A stretch of DNA of 64,000 nt from an uncultured archaeon (GCA_000965745.1 CP009479.1:1184001-1248000); one strand, 5' to 3'; numbered from the stretch's first letter, positions 29,414 through 39,507 are shown. Notes: generated by a model not told the origin, from the sequence alone. Made by a program: numbers and translations.

Positions 29414-30456
29414 ACGTACTCTTGAGGCTTGCGAATTTCTTCTCTCCCTTGACACATTATATAGCCTACATCCTGGCATATTTCTTCGAAACTCTATTCA
29501 TGCTGATTTTCATCACAATCTCACTTGTGGCGGTAATATACATCTTCAGAAAATATATGGCAAGGCTCCAGGTTCGCCGTGGTCCAAACAGGGTGGGGAA
29601 ATTCGGCATTTTTCAGATGATCGCTGACATGATGAAACTGGTGCAGAAAGAGTCGATCCTACCGAAGAAGAGGGATGATCTTCCTTACAAGGTGGCACCC
29701 GTTGTCGTCATGCTCGGCCTTTTCCTAGGATTCGCGCTAATGCCTTATGGAAGTTTCTACTACATAGGTTCCCTGACAGTTACCCACTCGTCAGTAAGCC
29801 TTGTCCTTCTAATAGCGGTCATAGCAATAATGCCAATTGGAGAAATACTGGCGGGAATAAGCTCCCACAACAAATATGCAATGGTGGGGGCACTCAGGGC
29901 AGTGGCAAAGGATGTATCGTTCGAAGTTCCGATGATGATCACCATCCTTGCACTTGTAATGATGGCATCAGGCCAGACTTCGTCCCCTCTCAACATAGAT
30001 TCCATAGCTTCAAGCTCCAGGGCATTTATTGCATACGGCCTGGTTCAGCCGATAGGCCTTGGCGTATTCATGATATCCATGATTGCGAGGGCATCCTACA
30101 GTCCGTTTGATCTGGGAGAGAGCGACAGTGAGCTCGTTTCGGGCCACTCAACAGAGTATACTGGGATGAGGTTCGGAATATTCTATGTCGGGCTATTCGG
30201 CAGCATATTCCTGGGGTCCATGATGGTATCCACACTGTATCTCGGTGCATACAACGGGCCCTTCTCCGGGGATGTTGGCTTCATATATCTTGTGATAAAG
30301 ACCTGGATACTTGTCCTGATATCATTTACTATCTGGCTGTCAATGCCAAGAATAAGGATTGACAAATTTGTCAACTTCGGCTGGAAATACCTGCTTCCGG
30401 CATCAGTTATAAATCTGATCCTTGCAGGCATTCTTACACTTGGGTGGTCATTGTGA
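29410..30456 (+). CDS. nuoH: Complex I-like subunit H
   Basis: Q.RRGPNRVG, ADMMKL..KE, PFDL.ES.SELVSG...EY, PRIRID. Confidence 0.95.
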   Translation: MNVLLRLANFFSPLTHYIAYILAYFFETLFMLIFITISLVAVIYIFRKYMARLQVRRGPNRVGKFGIFQMIADMMKLVQKESILPKKRDDLPYKVAPVVVMLGLFLGFALMPYGSFYYIGSLTVTHSSVSLVLLIAVIAIMPIGEILAGISSHNKYAMVGALRAVAKDVSFEVPMMITILALVMMASGQTSSPLNIDSIASSSRAFIAYGLVQPIGLGVFMISMIARASYSPFDLGESDSELVSGHSTEYTGMRFGIFYVGLFGSIFLGSMMVSTLYLGAYNGPFSGDVGFIYLVIKTWILVLISFTIWLSMPRIRIDKFVNFGWKYLLPASVINLILAGILTLGWSL

Positions 30457-30896
30457 TTGGAATAAAAGAAGTGGAAGAACCAAAAAAGCAGATTCCCATC
30501 GTCGGCTCACTGAAAGGGATCCTTCTGGTTGCGAAGCACCTGTTTGAGAAACCGGCTACTGTTGAGTATCCCGAGACCAAACCTTACATAGCTGAACGAT
30601 TCAAATTCAGGATTTTCCTCAGTCTTGACGACTGTGTCGGCTGCACTCTGTGTGAGCAGGTCTGCCCTAACCTGACTATACATATGCAGCCAGTCGACAG
30701 GGAAAATCCCAGGAACAAGAGAAAAATATACCCTGATGTGAACTTTGGAACATGCACTGTATGCAGGAACTGCGAGGAAATTTGCCCCACCGACGCAATT
30801 TACCTCACCCATGAATTTGAGACTTCCAGGACGAGGAACAGCTTCACCTATTCACCAGAGGAGCTTCAGAATCCGGAGGACGAGGTAAAAAGATGA
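30453..30896 (+). CDS. nuoI: Complex I-like subunit I (2x[4Fe-4S])
   Basis: CVGCTLCEQVCP and CTVCRNCEEICP. Confidence 0.95.
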   Translation: MIGIKEVEEPKKQIPIVGSLKGILLVAKHLFEKPATVEYPETKPYIAERFKFRIFLSLDDCVGCTLCEQVCPNLTIHMQPVDRENPRNKRKIYPDVNFGTCTVCRNCEEICPTDAIYLTHEFETSRTRNSFTYSPEELQNPEDEVKR

Positions 30897-31144
30897 TAGC
30901 TTACACTCTGATATTCATAATATTCGCAGCAATACTTGTTCCTCTTGCACTTCAGGCAATAAGGGCAAAGAACCTCGTTCATTCAGGGGTGTACCTGATG
31001 GTCTTCCTGTTTGTGCTCGCATCACTCTTCATATTCCTAGGCGCATCGATTGTGGGAAGCATTGAGCTGCTAGTATATGTTGGTGCAGTGATTACGCTTC
31101 TGATCTTCACTCTTATGCTTACGGGGGGTAAGGAGATTGAATAA
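30893..31144 (+). CDS. nuoJ: Complex I-like subunit J, N-terminal part
   Basis: NLVHS, LVYVGAV..L..F..ML. Confidence 0.88.
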   Translation: MIAYTLIFIIFAAILVPLALQAIRAKNLVHSGVYLMVFLFVLASLFIFLGASIVGSIELLVYVGAVITLLIFTLMLTGGKEIE

Positions 31145-31355
31145 GAACCTGTCCAGGCTTGCAGTAATATTCTTCTTCCTGGTATTCTTCTTTGCCATGA
31201 TCCAGATACCCGGAAACTTTGTCCCAACATCTCAGGACATCGCCGGGATTGGGAGGAGCCTGTTCGGGCCATATGTGATAGCCTTCGAGCTTCTGTCGGT
31301 GATACTTGTTGGGGCAATCATTGGAATGTTCTACATCGCCGGGAGGGATGAATAA
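31137..31355 (+). CDS. nuoJ: Complex I-like subunit J, C-terminal part
   Basis: IG..LF..Y...FELLSVIL. Confidence 0.85.
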   Translation: MNKNLSRLAVIFFFLVFFFAMIQIPGNFVPTSQDIAGIGRSLFGPYVIAFELLSVILVGAIIGMFYIAGRDE

Positions 31356-31654
31356 TGCAGATAGAATTCGTGAATGTACTTTCCCTGATACTGTTCAGTA
31401 TAGGCCTGTATGGAGTTATGACGTCCAACATAGGAATCAAGATGCTGATCTCAATTGAGATTCTTCTGAACTCCGCCATTCTGAGCCTCATTGGTGCAGG
31501 CATACTCTTCAACACGAGCAGCCCCCTTGTCTTTGCACTTTTTGTCATTGCCATAGGCGTGATCGAGTCAGTGATCGGCATGAGCCTCATGGCTGCCATA
31601 TACAGAAAATACGGCAAAATCAGCATTTCGCTCATTAAGGAGATAAAGTGGTAA
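31355..31654 (+). CDS. nuoK: Complex I-like subunit K
   Basis: LFSIGLYG, ISIEILLNS, IESVIG. Confidence 0.93.
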   Translation: MQIEFVNVLSLILFSIGLYGVMTSNIGIKMLISIEILLNSAILSLIGAGILFNTSSPLVFALFVIAIGVIESVIGMSLMAAIYRKYGKISISLIKEIKW

Positions 31655-31655
31655 C

Positions 31656-33560
31656 ATGTTTATCTGGGCATGGCTAATATTCATCTTTCCGCTTATCGGG
31701 TTCGTTCTCTCCTGGTCCATAGGCAGATACAGGAAGATGCTTGGCGGTGTGATAGCATCATTCATGGTTGGGCTTTCCCTTCTGGCATCCTATGAGACAT
31801 TTCTCTACGTTAACAGCCTGGGGCACCCTCTGTATCAGAGCTACCAGTGGTTCTACAACATAAAAATTGGAGTTTATGTAGACCACATCACGCTGATAAT
31901 GGTGCTTATGGTTTCCCTAGTGTCGACCATAATCCACCTCTTCACAATGTATTACATGAAGGGGGACCCGGGAAGGCACGTATTCTTTGCTGAAACATCC
32001 CTCTTTACCGCAGGAATGCTCGGGCTGGTTGTTTCCTCGAACCTTGTGGTGTTCTTCCTGTTCTGGGAACTTGTGGGGCTCTGTTCATACCTGCTCATTG
32101 GTTTCTGGTTCTTCAAGCCTAACGCAACTGCAGCAGCAAAGAAGGCATTTATAGTGACCAGGGTGGGGGACCTGCTCTTCCTGATCGGCATGGCCGTGAT
32201 TTACAACGCTCTCGTAGGCTATCCTGGTCTTGGAGGCAACAGCCCCCTCAGCATACCTTTCCTTATCAACAACGCATCCAGCATAGCTTCATACATGGGT
32301 GCGACAAACTTGGGAATCGCCGCGGTCCTTCTGCTGGGAGGCGCTGCAGGAAAATCCTCACAATTCCCCCTTCACGTATGGATACCAGACGCAATGGAAG
32401 GCCCTACGCCTGTATCGGCTCTTATCCATGCTGCCACAATGGTAACCGCGGGTGTCTATCTTGTAGCCAGGACGTACAACATATTCTTCTATTCAGCCCC
32501 ATTCGCAATGTATTCAGTTGCAATAATAGGGGCGTTCACTGCATTATTTGCCGGAACTCTTGGAATAGTGGTTAACGATCTGAAGCGTATACTTGCCTAT
32601 TCAACAATAAGCCAGTTGGGCTACATGATGGCCGCTATCGGGCTGGCACCCGTTATCGGTGCTGCCGGAATATCCTTCGGAATGTTCCACCTTGTGATAC
32701 ACGCGATGTTCAAGGCCCTCCTTTTCCTCACTGCGGGAGCCATACTCATCTCACTGATGGACCTCAGGGATGTCCGCCAGATGGGCGGCCTGTGGAGAAA
32801 GATGCCAGTAACAATAACACTCTTCCTCATAGGTTCAATCGCGCTGGCTGCGATTCCGCCTACCTCCGGGTTTTATTCCAAGGATACCATTATTTCAGCA
32901 TCATGGCTTTATTTCTCCCACTACGGAAGTTTCCAGGCCTTCCTTCCATGGCTCTTCCTCAGCCTTGGGGCCCTGCTGACTGTCCTTTACACATTCAGGA
33001 TGTTCTTCCTGGTGGCAGTGGGAAAGCCGAGGTCGCATCTCGCGGAGCACGCAAAAGAGGCCCCAATCATCGCACTGATCCCTCTTTTCATACTGGCATT
33101 CTTCTCACTCTTCGGCGGGTACCTGTTCCAGGTCCCGTTCTATAATTACCTCGCAACAGGAGTTACACTCCCTTCGATACCGGCATACATCGAAGATATA
33201 CCTCTCATATACGTCGCGATTGGATTCTTGGTTGCACTATACCTCTACGGGACAAGCAGGTGGAAATCGATCGACCTCAGCAGGAATTTCTTCTACAACC
33301 TGCTGAAGTGGAAATATTACATGGACGTCCTCTATACAAGAATAATCGCTGAAAGGATAATTCTCCCTGTATCTGCAGCCTTCAGCACAGTAGAGAATTC
33401 CTATAACAGCGGTGTTGACAGGACAGGGTCCGGTGCGCTCAGCTTTGGAACGCTCTTGAGAAGAATGCAGGATGGTGTGGTTGAGAACTACTTTATTGTC
33501 CTCATAATAGGCATATCAATCGTATTTCTCCTTGTGGAGCTTTTCAAGGTGGTGATCTGA
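31656..33560 (+). CDS. nuoL: Complex I-like subunit L
   Basis: FWELVGLCSYLLIGFW, GKSSQFPLHVW.PDAMEGPTPVSALIHAATMV, HAMFKALLF. Confidence 0.96.
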   Translation: MFIWAWLIFIFPLIGFVLSWSIGRYRKMLGGVIASFMVGLSLLASYETFLYVNSLGHPLYQSYQWFYNIKIGVYVDHITLIMVLMVSLVSTIIHLFTMYYMKGDPGRHVFFAETSLFTAGMLGLVVSSNLVVFFLFWELVGLCSYLLIGFWFFKPNATAAAKKAFIVTRVGDLLFLIGMAVIYNALVGYPGLGGNSPLSIPFLINNASSIASYMGATNLGIAAVLLLGGAAGKSSQFPLHVWIPDAMEGPTPVSALIHAATMVTAGVYLVARTYNIFFYSAPFAMYSVAIIGAFTALFAGTLGIVVNDLKRILAYSTISQLGYMMAAIGLAPVIGAAGISFGMFHLVIHAMFKALLFLTAGAILISLMDLRDVRQMGGLWRKMPVTITLFLIGSIALAAIPPTSGFYSKDTIISASWLYFSHYGSFQAFLPWLFLSLGALLTVLYTFRMFFLVAVGKPRSHLAEHAKEAPIIALIPLFILAFFSLFGGYLFQVPFYNYLATGVTLPSIPAYIEDIPLIYVAIGFLVALYLYGTSRWKSIDLSRNFFYNLLKWKYYMDVLYTRIIAERIILPVSAAFSTVENSYNSGVDRTGSGALSFGTLLRRMQDGVVENYFIVLIIGISIVFLLVELFKVVI

Positions 33561-35036
33561 ATGCTAATGGTAATAACATTCTTCCTCTCAATGATTCTTG
33601 CATTCGCCTCCTTCTTCATGGGGAAGAAGGCGAGGCTGTTTTCTATCGCATCTGCTTGGCTAATGGCAATCCTCGTCGGGATATATATATACATGACCTT
33701 CGGGGGCGGATATCATGGAGGGATCGTCAGCCAGTATAACTTCCAGATAGCGCCATCCATCGGGATATCATTCACGACTGGAGTTACGGGATTCACAGGA
33801 GCACTCATAGCTCTCTCTGCAGTCATAATACTCGTCTCACTCATGGTCGTGGAAAAGGATTCTGAGAACTCAATCTACGGCCTCATCCTTTCAACCGAGG
33901 TGGGGCTTTTCGGGCTGTTGATCTCAAGGAACTTCCTCTTCTTCTACATATTCTGGGAGGTGGTACTCATACCCATGTACTTCCTGATAATAAGGTTCGG
34001 TGGGGCAAAAAGAGACCGCGTTGGCCTGAAATTCTTTGTTTATACGCACATTGGGTCGGTCTTTATCCTCCTGGCGTTCTTCACGCTTTACAACTATTAC
34101 TACCTCAGCACGGGAGAGTTCACGCTGGACATGGGGACACTCATGAACACTGCGTTCATTACGGGCCATATTCCAGTATTCTGGAGAGACTTCATGTTAT
34201 TCGGATTCCTTATTGGATTTCTTGTGAAACTTCCTTCATTCCCGGTGCACTCATGGCTGCCTGATACTTACCAGACCGCGCCATACCCCGGAACCATAAT
34301 CCTTGCGGGCGGGCTCTCGCTTATGGGAGGATACGGGCTGTTCGGCATCCTCCTTCCGGCGTCAGGTATATTCAGCTCAACTCTGCTTTACTTCCTTGCA
34401 TTCCTGGGTATATTAAGCCTGGTCTATTTCTCATTCGTCGCCATGTTCCAGAAGGACATCAAAAGGATGATGGCATTTGCCAGTGCAGCCGCAATGGGAT
34501 TCGTGACAATATCATTCGCAGTCGGGATACTGGAACACAGCTATACCCAGGTTCTCGAGCTCTCCGGCGGAATGTTCCAGATCATAGCACACGGCTTCAT
34601 AATGGCGCTGATATTTGCATCCCTGTATTACATCAGGAGAAATACCGGATCAGAAATGACATACGGCCTTGGAGGGATCTACAGGGAAGCCCCTCTCCTG
34701 AGTTCTTTCATGCTCGCAGGGCTTTTTGCATCCCTGGGCCTTCCAGGCCTCGCGGGATTCATTGGCGAGTTCTCGATAGTTGTAGGCGTCTACCAGGGAA
34801 TAACGTGGTGGATATTCTTCATCATCCTCGGGATGATAGTTACTGCCTCATATCACGTCTGGGTCGCCCAGAGAGCCCTGTACGGCCCATACAATGAACA
34901 CCTCGGCCACATCAGGGATATAAACAGAAAGGAGTTTGCCACCCTTTGCGGGCTGCTGGTCCTGATATTCGTCCTGGGGGTCTTTCCGAACCTGCTTGAT
35001 GGACTGCTTACCGCCTACGTTGGAGGATTAATATGA
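33561..35036 (+). CDS. nuoM: Complex I-like subunit M
   Basis: FYIFWE..LIPMYF, VKLP.FP.H.WLP, LGLPGL.GFIGEF. Confidence 0.93.
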   Translation: MLMVITFFLSMILAFASFFMGKKARLFSIASAWLMAILVGIYIYMTFGGGYHGGIVSQYNFQIAPSIGISFTTGVTGFTGALIALSAVIILVSLMVVEKDSENSIYGLILSTEVGLFGLLISRNFLFFYIFWEVVLIPMYFLIIRFGGAKRDRVGLKFFVYTHIGSVFILLAFFTLYNYYYLSTGEFTLDMGTLMNTAFITGHIPVFWRDFMLFGFLIGFLVKLPSFPVHSWLPDTYQTAPYPGTIILAGGLSLMGGYGLFGILLPASGIFSSTLLYFLAFLGILSLVYFSFVAMFQKDIKRMMAFASAAAMGFVTISFAVGILEHSYTQVLELSGGMFQIIAHGFIMALIFASLYYIRRNTGSEMTYGLGGIYREAPLLSSFMLAGLFASLGLPGLAGFIGEFSIVVGVYQGITWWIFFIILGMIVTASYHVWVAQRALYGPYNEHLGHIRDINRKEFATLCGLLVLIFVLGVFPNLLDGLLTAYVGGLI

Positions 35037-36493
35037 TCGTTAACAGCTTCATAACAGAATTAGCACTTAATACCGGACTTTCAAACCTCAATTACCTTTA
35101 TCCGCTATTCCTTCTGGGAATCGTCGCCTTTGTCATCCTGGCAATAGGGATCAGGATTGAGAATCCGAGGCTCTTTGCCTCCATTACTGCGGGCGCTCTT
35201 GCAATAGTATTCTTCTGGCTCTACTTCCTTCCGGGAAACCCGAACCTGGTGATGTCAGGCACGACCATTTACAACAGGTACGGGACGTACTTCGCAATGA
35301 TAATGATTCTTGCGTCGCTGCTCGTTGTTTTCCCGGCGGCAAGAAGGCTGAGCAAGAAGGCTGACATATTCTATGCAATCCTCCTGTTCGTCAACATAGG
35401 CATAATCATCGCATCCTTTTCCTACAATATACTCGTGATGTTTGTGTCCTTCGAGGCCGTCAGCATAGGGACATACATAATGGCTGCATTCGGGAAGGAG
35501 AAGAGGCATCTTGAAGCATCGCTCAAGTATTTCTTCACGAGCACAATCGCCACCGCCTTTACGGCCTTCGGGGCATCGTTCTTCTACATCTCAACCGGGA
35601 CATTCGACCTGACTGCCGGCCTCAAAGTGTCTTCCTTCCAGTCTATGGATATAGCCCTTCTCTTCCTCGCAGTTGGATTCGGCTTCAAGATGGCAATTTT
35701 CCCGATGCACCAGTGGGCGATTGATACCTACGACGGGGCTGAAAACTCCATTGCTGCCTATCTTTCCACAGGAAGCAAGATCCTGGCCTTCGTAGTTATC
35801 CTGAAAATATTCCTCGTGGGCTTTTCCGGGGATTTCGAAGTTGTATTCTACCTCTTCACCATCCTTGCAATCGCCTCAATGACCTACGGGAACATTGCAG
35901 CCCTGTCCCAGGACAACCTAAAGCGGATACTGGCATATTCAAGCGTTGCCCAGGTGGGTTACCTCATCCTGGTGCTTGCACAGGTGTCTTACGTGGGGAA
36001 CACCTCTTCGCACGCAGTAACCCTGGCAGTCGCCACAGGTATGTATTATTCAGTCGTATACATATTCATGAAGGGAGGAGCCTTCCTTACAATGAATATT
36101 GTGAAGAAGGACAAGGTTGAAATTTCGGATGTGACGGGTCTCTTCAGAAAGTCTCCTGCCGTGGCAGTGAGTTTTTCAATACTTCTTCTCGCACTTGCCG
36201 GAATCCCTGTTACCGGCGGGTTCTTCGCCAAGTACAACCTGTTCCTCGCACTTATAACGGGCCAGCTCTGGTGGCTTGCTGTCATCGCCATACTGAACAG
36301 TGCAATCTCAGTGTTCTACTACTTCCGCGTGATCCTCTACATGTTCAAGGACCCGGTGGGGGAGACCGATTTCAACCTTTCAACCTCAGTCAGGATTCCT
36401 GTCATTGCGACGGCATTCATCACGGTTGGCCTCGGAGTGGCGTTCCAGATGGTGTACCTTCTCATGTCGGTGGCGCCGGGATTATTCGGGTGA
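35033..36493 (+). CDS. nuoN: Complex I-like subunit N
   Basis: EASLKYF, FKMAIFPMHQW..D.Y.GA, KR.LAYSS, LAGIP...GF..K. Confidence 0.94.
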   Translation: MIVNSFITELALNTGLSNLNYLYPLFLLGIVAFVILAIGIRIENPRLFASITAGALAIVFFWLYFLPGNPNLVMSGTTIYNRYGTYFAMIMILASLLVVFPAARRLSKKADIFYAILLFVNIGIIIASFSYNILVMFVSFEAVSIGTYIMAAFGKEKRHLEASLKYFFTSTIATAFTAFGASFFYISTGTFDLTAGLKVSSFQSMDIALLFLAVGFGFKMAIFPMHQWAIDTYDGAENSIAAYLSTGSKILAFVVILKIFLVGFSGDFEVVFYLFTILAIASMTYGNIAALSQDNLKRILAYSSVAQVGYLILVLAQVSYVGNTSSHAVTLAVATGMYYSVVYIFMKGGAFLTMNIVKKDKVEISDVTGLFRKSPAVAVSFSILLLALAGIPVTGGFFAKYNLFLALITGQLWWLAVIAILNSAISVFYYFRVILYMFKDPVGETDFNLSTSVRIPVIATAFITVGLGVAFQMVYLLMSVAPGLFG

Positions 36494-36499
36494 TAGAAA

Positions 36500-36868
36500 A
36501 TGCTCAAAGCTGAACTTGATGTTGAAGTTATTAAGAGTGCCCTTCTGGCCGGAGAAGTTGACGATGCAGCCGACTGGATCCGGAAGGCAATGCACAGGAT
36601 AGAGATCTACAGAAGGGTCACAAAGAAGTCAAAGTACGATGCAAGATACAGGTTCCTCGAATCCCTGATGGGGTACCTGTCCGGCGACTTCCGGCTTGAC
36701 GAGCTCAGGAAGAACATAGAGAAGATCCCCGGAGTAAGGGACATGTTTGTTGATCCAGAAGAGTTCAGGACATTTCTGGACAGCTTCCTGTATTATGTAC
36801 AGCTGTCCGCGGACAGGTACAACATTAGGTACCCGAGTTTTGACGGAAAAAGGTGTGACGACAAATGA
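36500..36868 (+). CDS. Hypothetical helical protein directly after nuoN
   Basis: 6-nt gap after nuoN with GGTGA SD; protein-like composition. Confidence 0.75.
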   Translation: MLKAELDVEVIKSALLAGEVDDAADWIRKAMHRIEIYRRVTKKSKYDARYRFLESLMGYLSGDFRLDELRKNIEKIPGVRDMFVDPEEFRTFLDSFLYYVQLSADRYNIRYPSFDGKRCDDK

Positions 36869-37119
36869 AAGACACATTCGAGAAATGCTACGAGGACCTC
36901 GAAAGTACAGAGGAATCAGCGGCCGAGTGCATTCACTGCATGAAGAAGTATGGTGAGCAGATCTTCTTTGACAGGGAGGCCGGCAGGCTCAAACTTGGAA
37001 GGGAGGTATACGACAGGAAGTACTCCGGGATCATGGAGACTCTCTCAAATGTAATGGGCATAGATTCCCTGGAAACCTATGAGAAAATGGACAAAAAATA
37101 TAACCTGACCATGTACTGA
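36865..37119 (+). CDS. Small hypothetical protein with CxxC
   Basis: ATGA overlap with the previous gene; CIHC motif. Confidence 0.72.
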   Translation: MKDTFEKCYEDLESTEESAAECIHCMKKYGEQIFFDREAGRLKLGREVYDRKYSGIMETLSNVMGIDSLETYEKMDKKYNLTMY

Positions 37120-37302
37120 TTTCCCAAATCTGTCATTCTGGCGGCGGTCATCCATGTGATGCTTGACATCACCGTGTGCAGCCCCATGCCTCTATTTCTG
37201 CGCCAATGCATCCGGCATAGCTGTTCATGCCTTGTTTCACGTCCTGTTCAAGCGCAACCTCAATGATTGTGCCCCCCAATATTTTGAGGAGATCAGACCG
37301 GT

Positions 37303-38130
37303 CTACGATATTTCTGATGCTGAATTTACTTTTTCGGCCTCAGCCTTTCTTTCTGCCCTTCTTGCAAAGTATATCCCCCCCATGTACAGGGCGATTATCG
37401 GGACAGCCATGACTACCATGGTGAAACCAATAACTCCCGGGGAGAATATCATGCCGAAAATGAGGGCGCCTATAACCGCATGCCTCCAGTGGTCCTCCCA
37501 GAATTTTGCTGAAACGATTCCAGTCCTGGTAAGCGCAACCATGAATACCGGAACCTCGAAGGAGATCCCGAAAGTTACTGTGTATATAAAAGTGAATGAG
37601 ATAAAACTCATAAGGCTGAGGGACTCTGCTGCACCCAAGCCCAGATCATACCCGCTGAATATTATGAAAAGCGGGGGGGCGACAATCCAGAGCCCTATGG
37701 CAGATCCAGCGGTGAAAAGTGCTGTTGCAGGAACTATGGCCGACCTCAGGGCGTCTTTCTCGCGTTTCTTGAGGGCAGGGCCGAGAAATTCCCCGATCTC
37801 CTTTACTATTATGGGCATTGCGAAGAGCAATGCAAGGAACATTGAAACATCGAGGTCTGCCAGAACTCCGTCAGCAGGCTTAAGCACAAAAACTGTGGTT
37901 CCCGCGGGTAGTATGTGATTTTCTATAAGCAGAAGGAACTGTGCCGCGGTGTTGTGGTAGAAATTGGGGTACAGAAAGATAAATGTGTGGCCAAAAAGAG
38001 TTACTTCCTGTATCCTGAGAGTTAAAAAAATTGCTGCAAAAATGCCGAATACTATAAGTATCCGTGTAAGTCTTACCCTGATTTCATCCAGGTTTCTAAA
38101 GATGATGGGAAATACTTCTTCATCGCTCAT
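37303..38130 (-). CDS. tatC: Sec-independent translocase TatC
   Basis: LDEIRVRL, F.GPAL..RE, FGISFEVP, WRHA, F.MIFSP. Confidence 0.93.
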   Translation of the reverse strand: MSDEEVFPIIFRNLDEIRVRLTRILIVFGIFAAIFLTLRIQEVTLFGHTFIFLYPNFYHNTAAQFLLLIENHILPAGTTVFVLKPADGVLADLDVSMFLALLFAMPIIVKEIGEFLGPALKKREKDALRSAIVPATALFTAGSAIGLWIVAPPLFIIFSGYDLGLGAAESLSLMSFISFTFIYTVTFGISFEVPVFMVALTRTGIVSAKFWEDHWRHAVIGALIFGMIFSPGVIGFTMVVMAVPIIALYMGGIYFARRAERKAEAEKVNSASEIS

Positions 38131-38135
38131 TGCTT

Positions 38136-38432
38136 TTAGTTCTTGAGTTTCTCGGCAATTTCAGCTTTGAGCTGGTTCTCATCTTTGTTGTCTGTCACTA
38201 TTCCCATATTCTTGGCGACTTCCCGGAAATCGACTTTTCCGTCCTTTGGGGCTGTTGAAGAAGTTGCGTACATTGAATTCTTAATTTCTTTCTCAAGTTC
38301 CAGCTGTCCTCTCTTGAACTCACCAGTGGCACGACCCATGCTTCTCGCAAGATCGGGTATCTTCTTTGCGCCACCAAAGAGAATAAGGCCGACGACTGCA
38401 ATTATGAGTATCTCTTCGATGCTGAACATCAT
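38136..38432 (-). CDS. tatA: Sec-independent translocase TatA
   Basis: E.LII....LILFGG.KKIPDLARS.G....EFK. Confidence 0.95.
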   Translation of the reverse strand: MMFSIEEILIIAVVGLILFGGAKKIPDLARSMGRATGEFKRGQLELEKEIKNSMYATSSTAPKDGKVDFREVAKNMGIVTDNKDENQLKAEIAEKLKN

Positions 38433-38538
38433 CGATGTATCATAAGTAGTTATTTAACTTTTTACGGTTAATATTTCAATCCGTAATACGCTTGAAAAAA
38501 GCCTCTCTCCATGAAGTGTAAAAAAAAGAATTCAGGCT

Positions 38539-38880
38539 TCAGTTAGGCAAATCAAGCTCTACCTGAAAACCTTCACTTCTGTAACTGTTCATTACCTTGT
38601 CGATCTCTTCCTTTGTATCGCCGTTCATCTCACTGAATGACAGAGAAACAACTTTCTTGGCCTTATTCAGGACAACGAATCCCAGGGTTCGATCAGTTGG
38701 CTGTATTTCATCAGATCTGGCGAATTCCTCGATGTATTCCGCCATGCTTTCTTCAGGATAGTCGGACTTGGTAACCTCAATAAGGCCTGAAAGAGAATCT
38801 TTCAGTCTTGACATTTCGACACAAATTGTGGATGGGTGGTAGTCTCCCATCGTGATGTTGAACATGGCGCAATCTGTCAT
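38539..38880 (-). CDS. Hypothetical acidic protein downstream of peroxiredoxin
   Basis: ATG start 12 nt after the prx stop; protein-like composition. Confidence 0.7.
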   Translation of the reverse strand: MTDCAMFNITMGDYHPSTICVEMSRLKDSLSGLIEVTKSDYPEESMAEYIEEFARSDEIQPTDRTLGFVVLNKAKKVVSLSFSEMNGDTKEEIDKVMNSYRSEGFQVELDLPN

Positions 38881-38892
38881 CCGGATCTTTCC

Positions 38893-39507
38893 TTATGCCT
38901 TAGCCCTCTTGAGGTACCATCTCTCGGCACCCTCTTCCTTCTCCCTGACCAGTGCTGCCTCGAAGGTGTTCGGCGCACCGACGATTCCCTTGTCTCCGGG
39001 TTCCCAGTTCACGGGAGTTGCGAGCTTGCTGTCCCAGTTGAACTGGAACGCCTTGATCACCCTTATGATCTCGTTGATGTTCCTCCCGATCTCAGCGGGA
39101 TAGTAGATCATCCATCTCACTGTCTGGTTCGGGTCTATTATGAAGACGCCCCTGACAGTGACACCGCTCTTTGGATCGTACAGGTTGTACGCGTCCGCCA
39201 CTTCCTTCTCTATGTCTGCTATTACCGGGAAGGGTATCTCTACACCGTACTTCTCCTTGATGTCCTTGAGCCAGGCGATGTGCGAGTATATGCTGTCAAC
39301 ACTCAGTCCGATGAGTTCTACTCCGAGCTTCCTGAATTCATCGTACCTCTCGGCAAATCCCATGAATTCTGTCGTGCACACGGGCGTGAAGTCCGCCGGG
39401 TGTGAGAAGAGAAGTACCCACTTTCCCTTGAGGTCCGAGAACGTCATTGGCCCTTTGGTCGTATTTACGGTAAAATCCGGTGCTTTCATTCCTAGATAGA
39501 CTGCCAT
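38893..39507 (-). CDS. Peroxiredoxin (Prx6/1-Cys type)
   Basis: FSHPADFTPVCTTE, RGVFIIDP, GRNI.EI.R, TPVNW.PG; SD GGTGA before ATG 39507. Confidence 0.95.
   Translation of the reverse strand: MAVYLGMKAPDFTVNTTKGPMTFSDLKGKWVLLFSHPADFTPVCTTEFMGFAERYDEFRKLGVELIGLSVDSIYSHIAWLKDIKEKYGVEIPFPVIADIEKEVADAYNLYDPKSGVTVRGVFIIDPNQTVRWMIYYPAEIGRNINEIIRVIKAFQFNWDSKLATPVNWEPGDKGIVGAPNTFEAALVREKEEGAERWYLKRAKA

Noticed and set aside
37163-37918. 251-aa + strand ORF
   Set aside because: Antisense shadow of tatC
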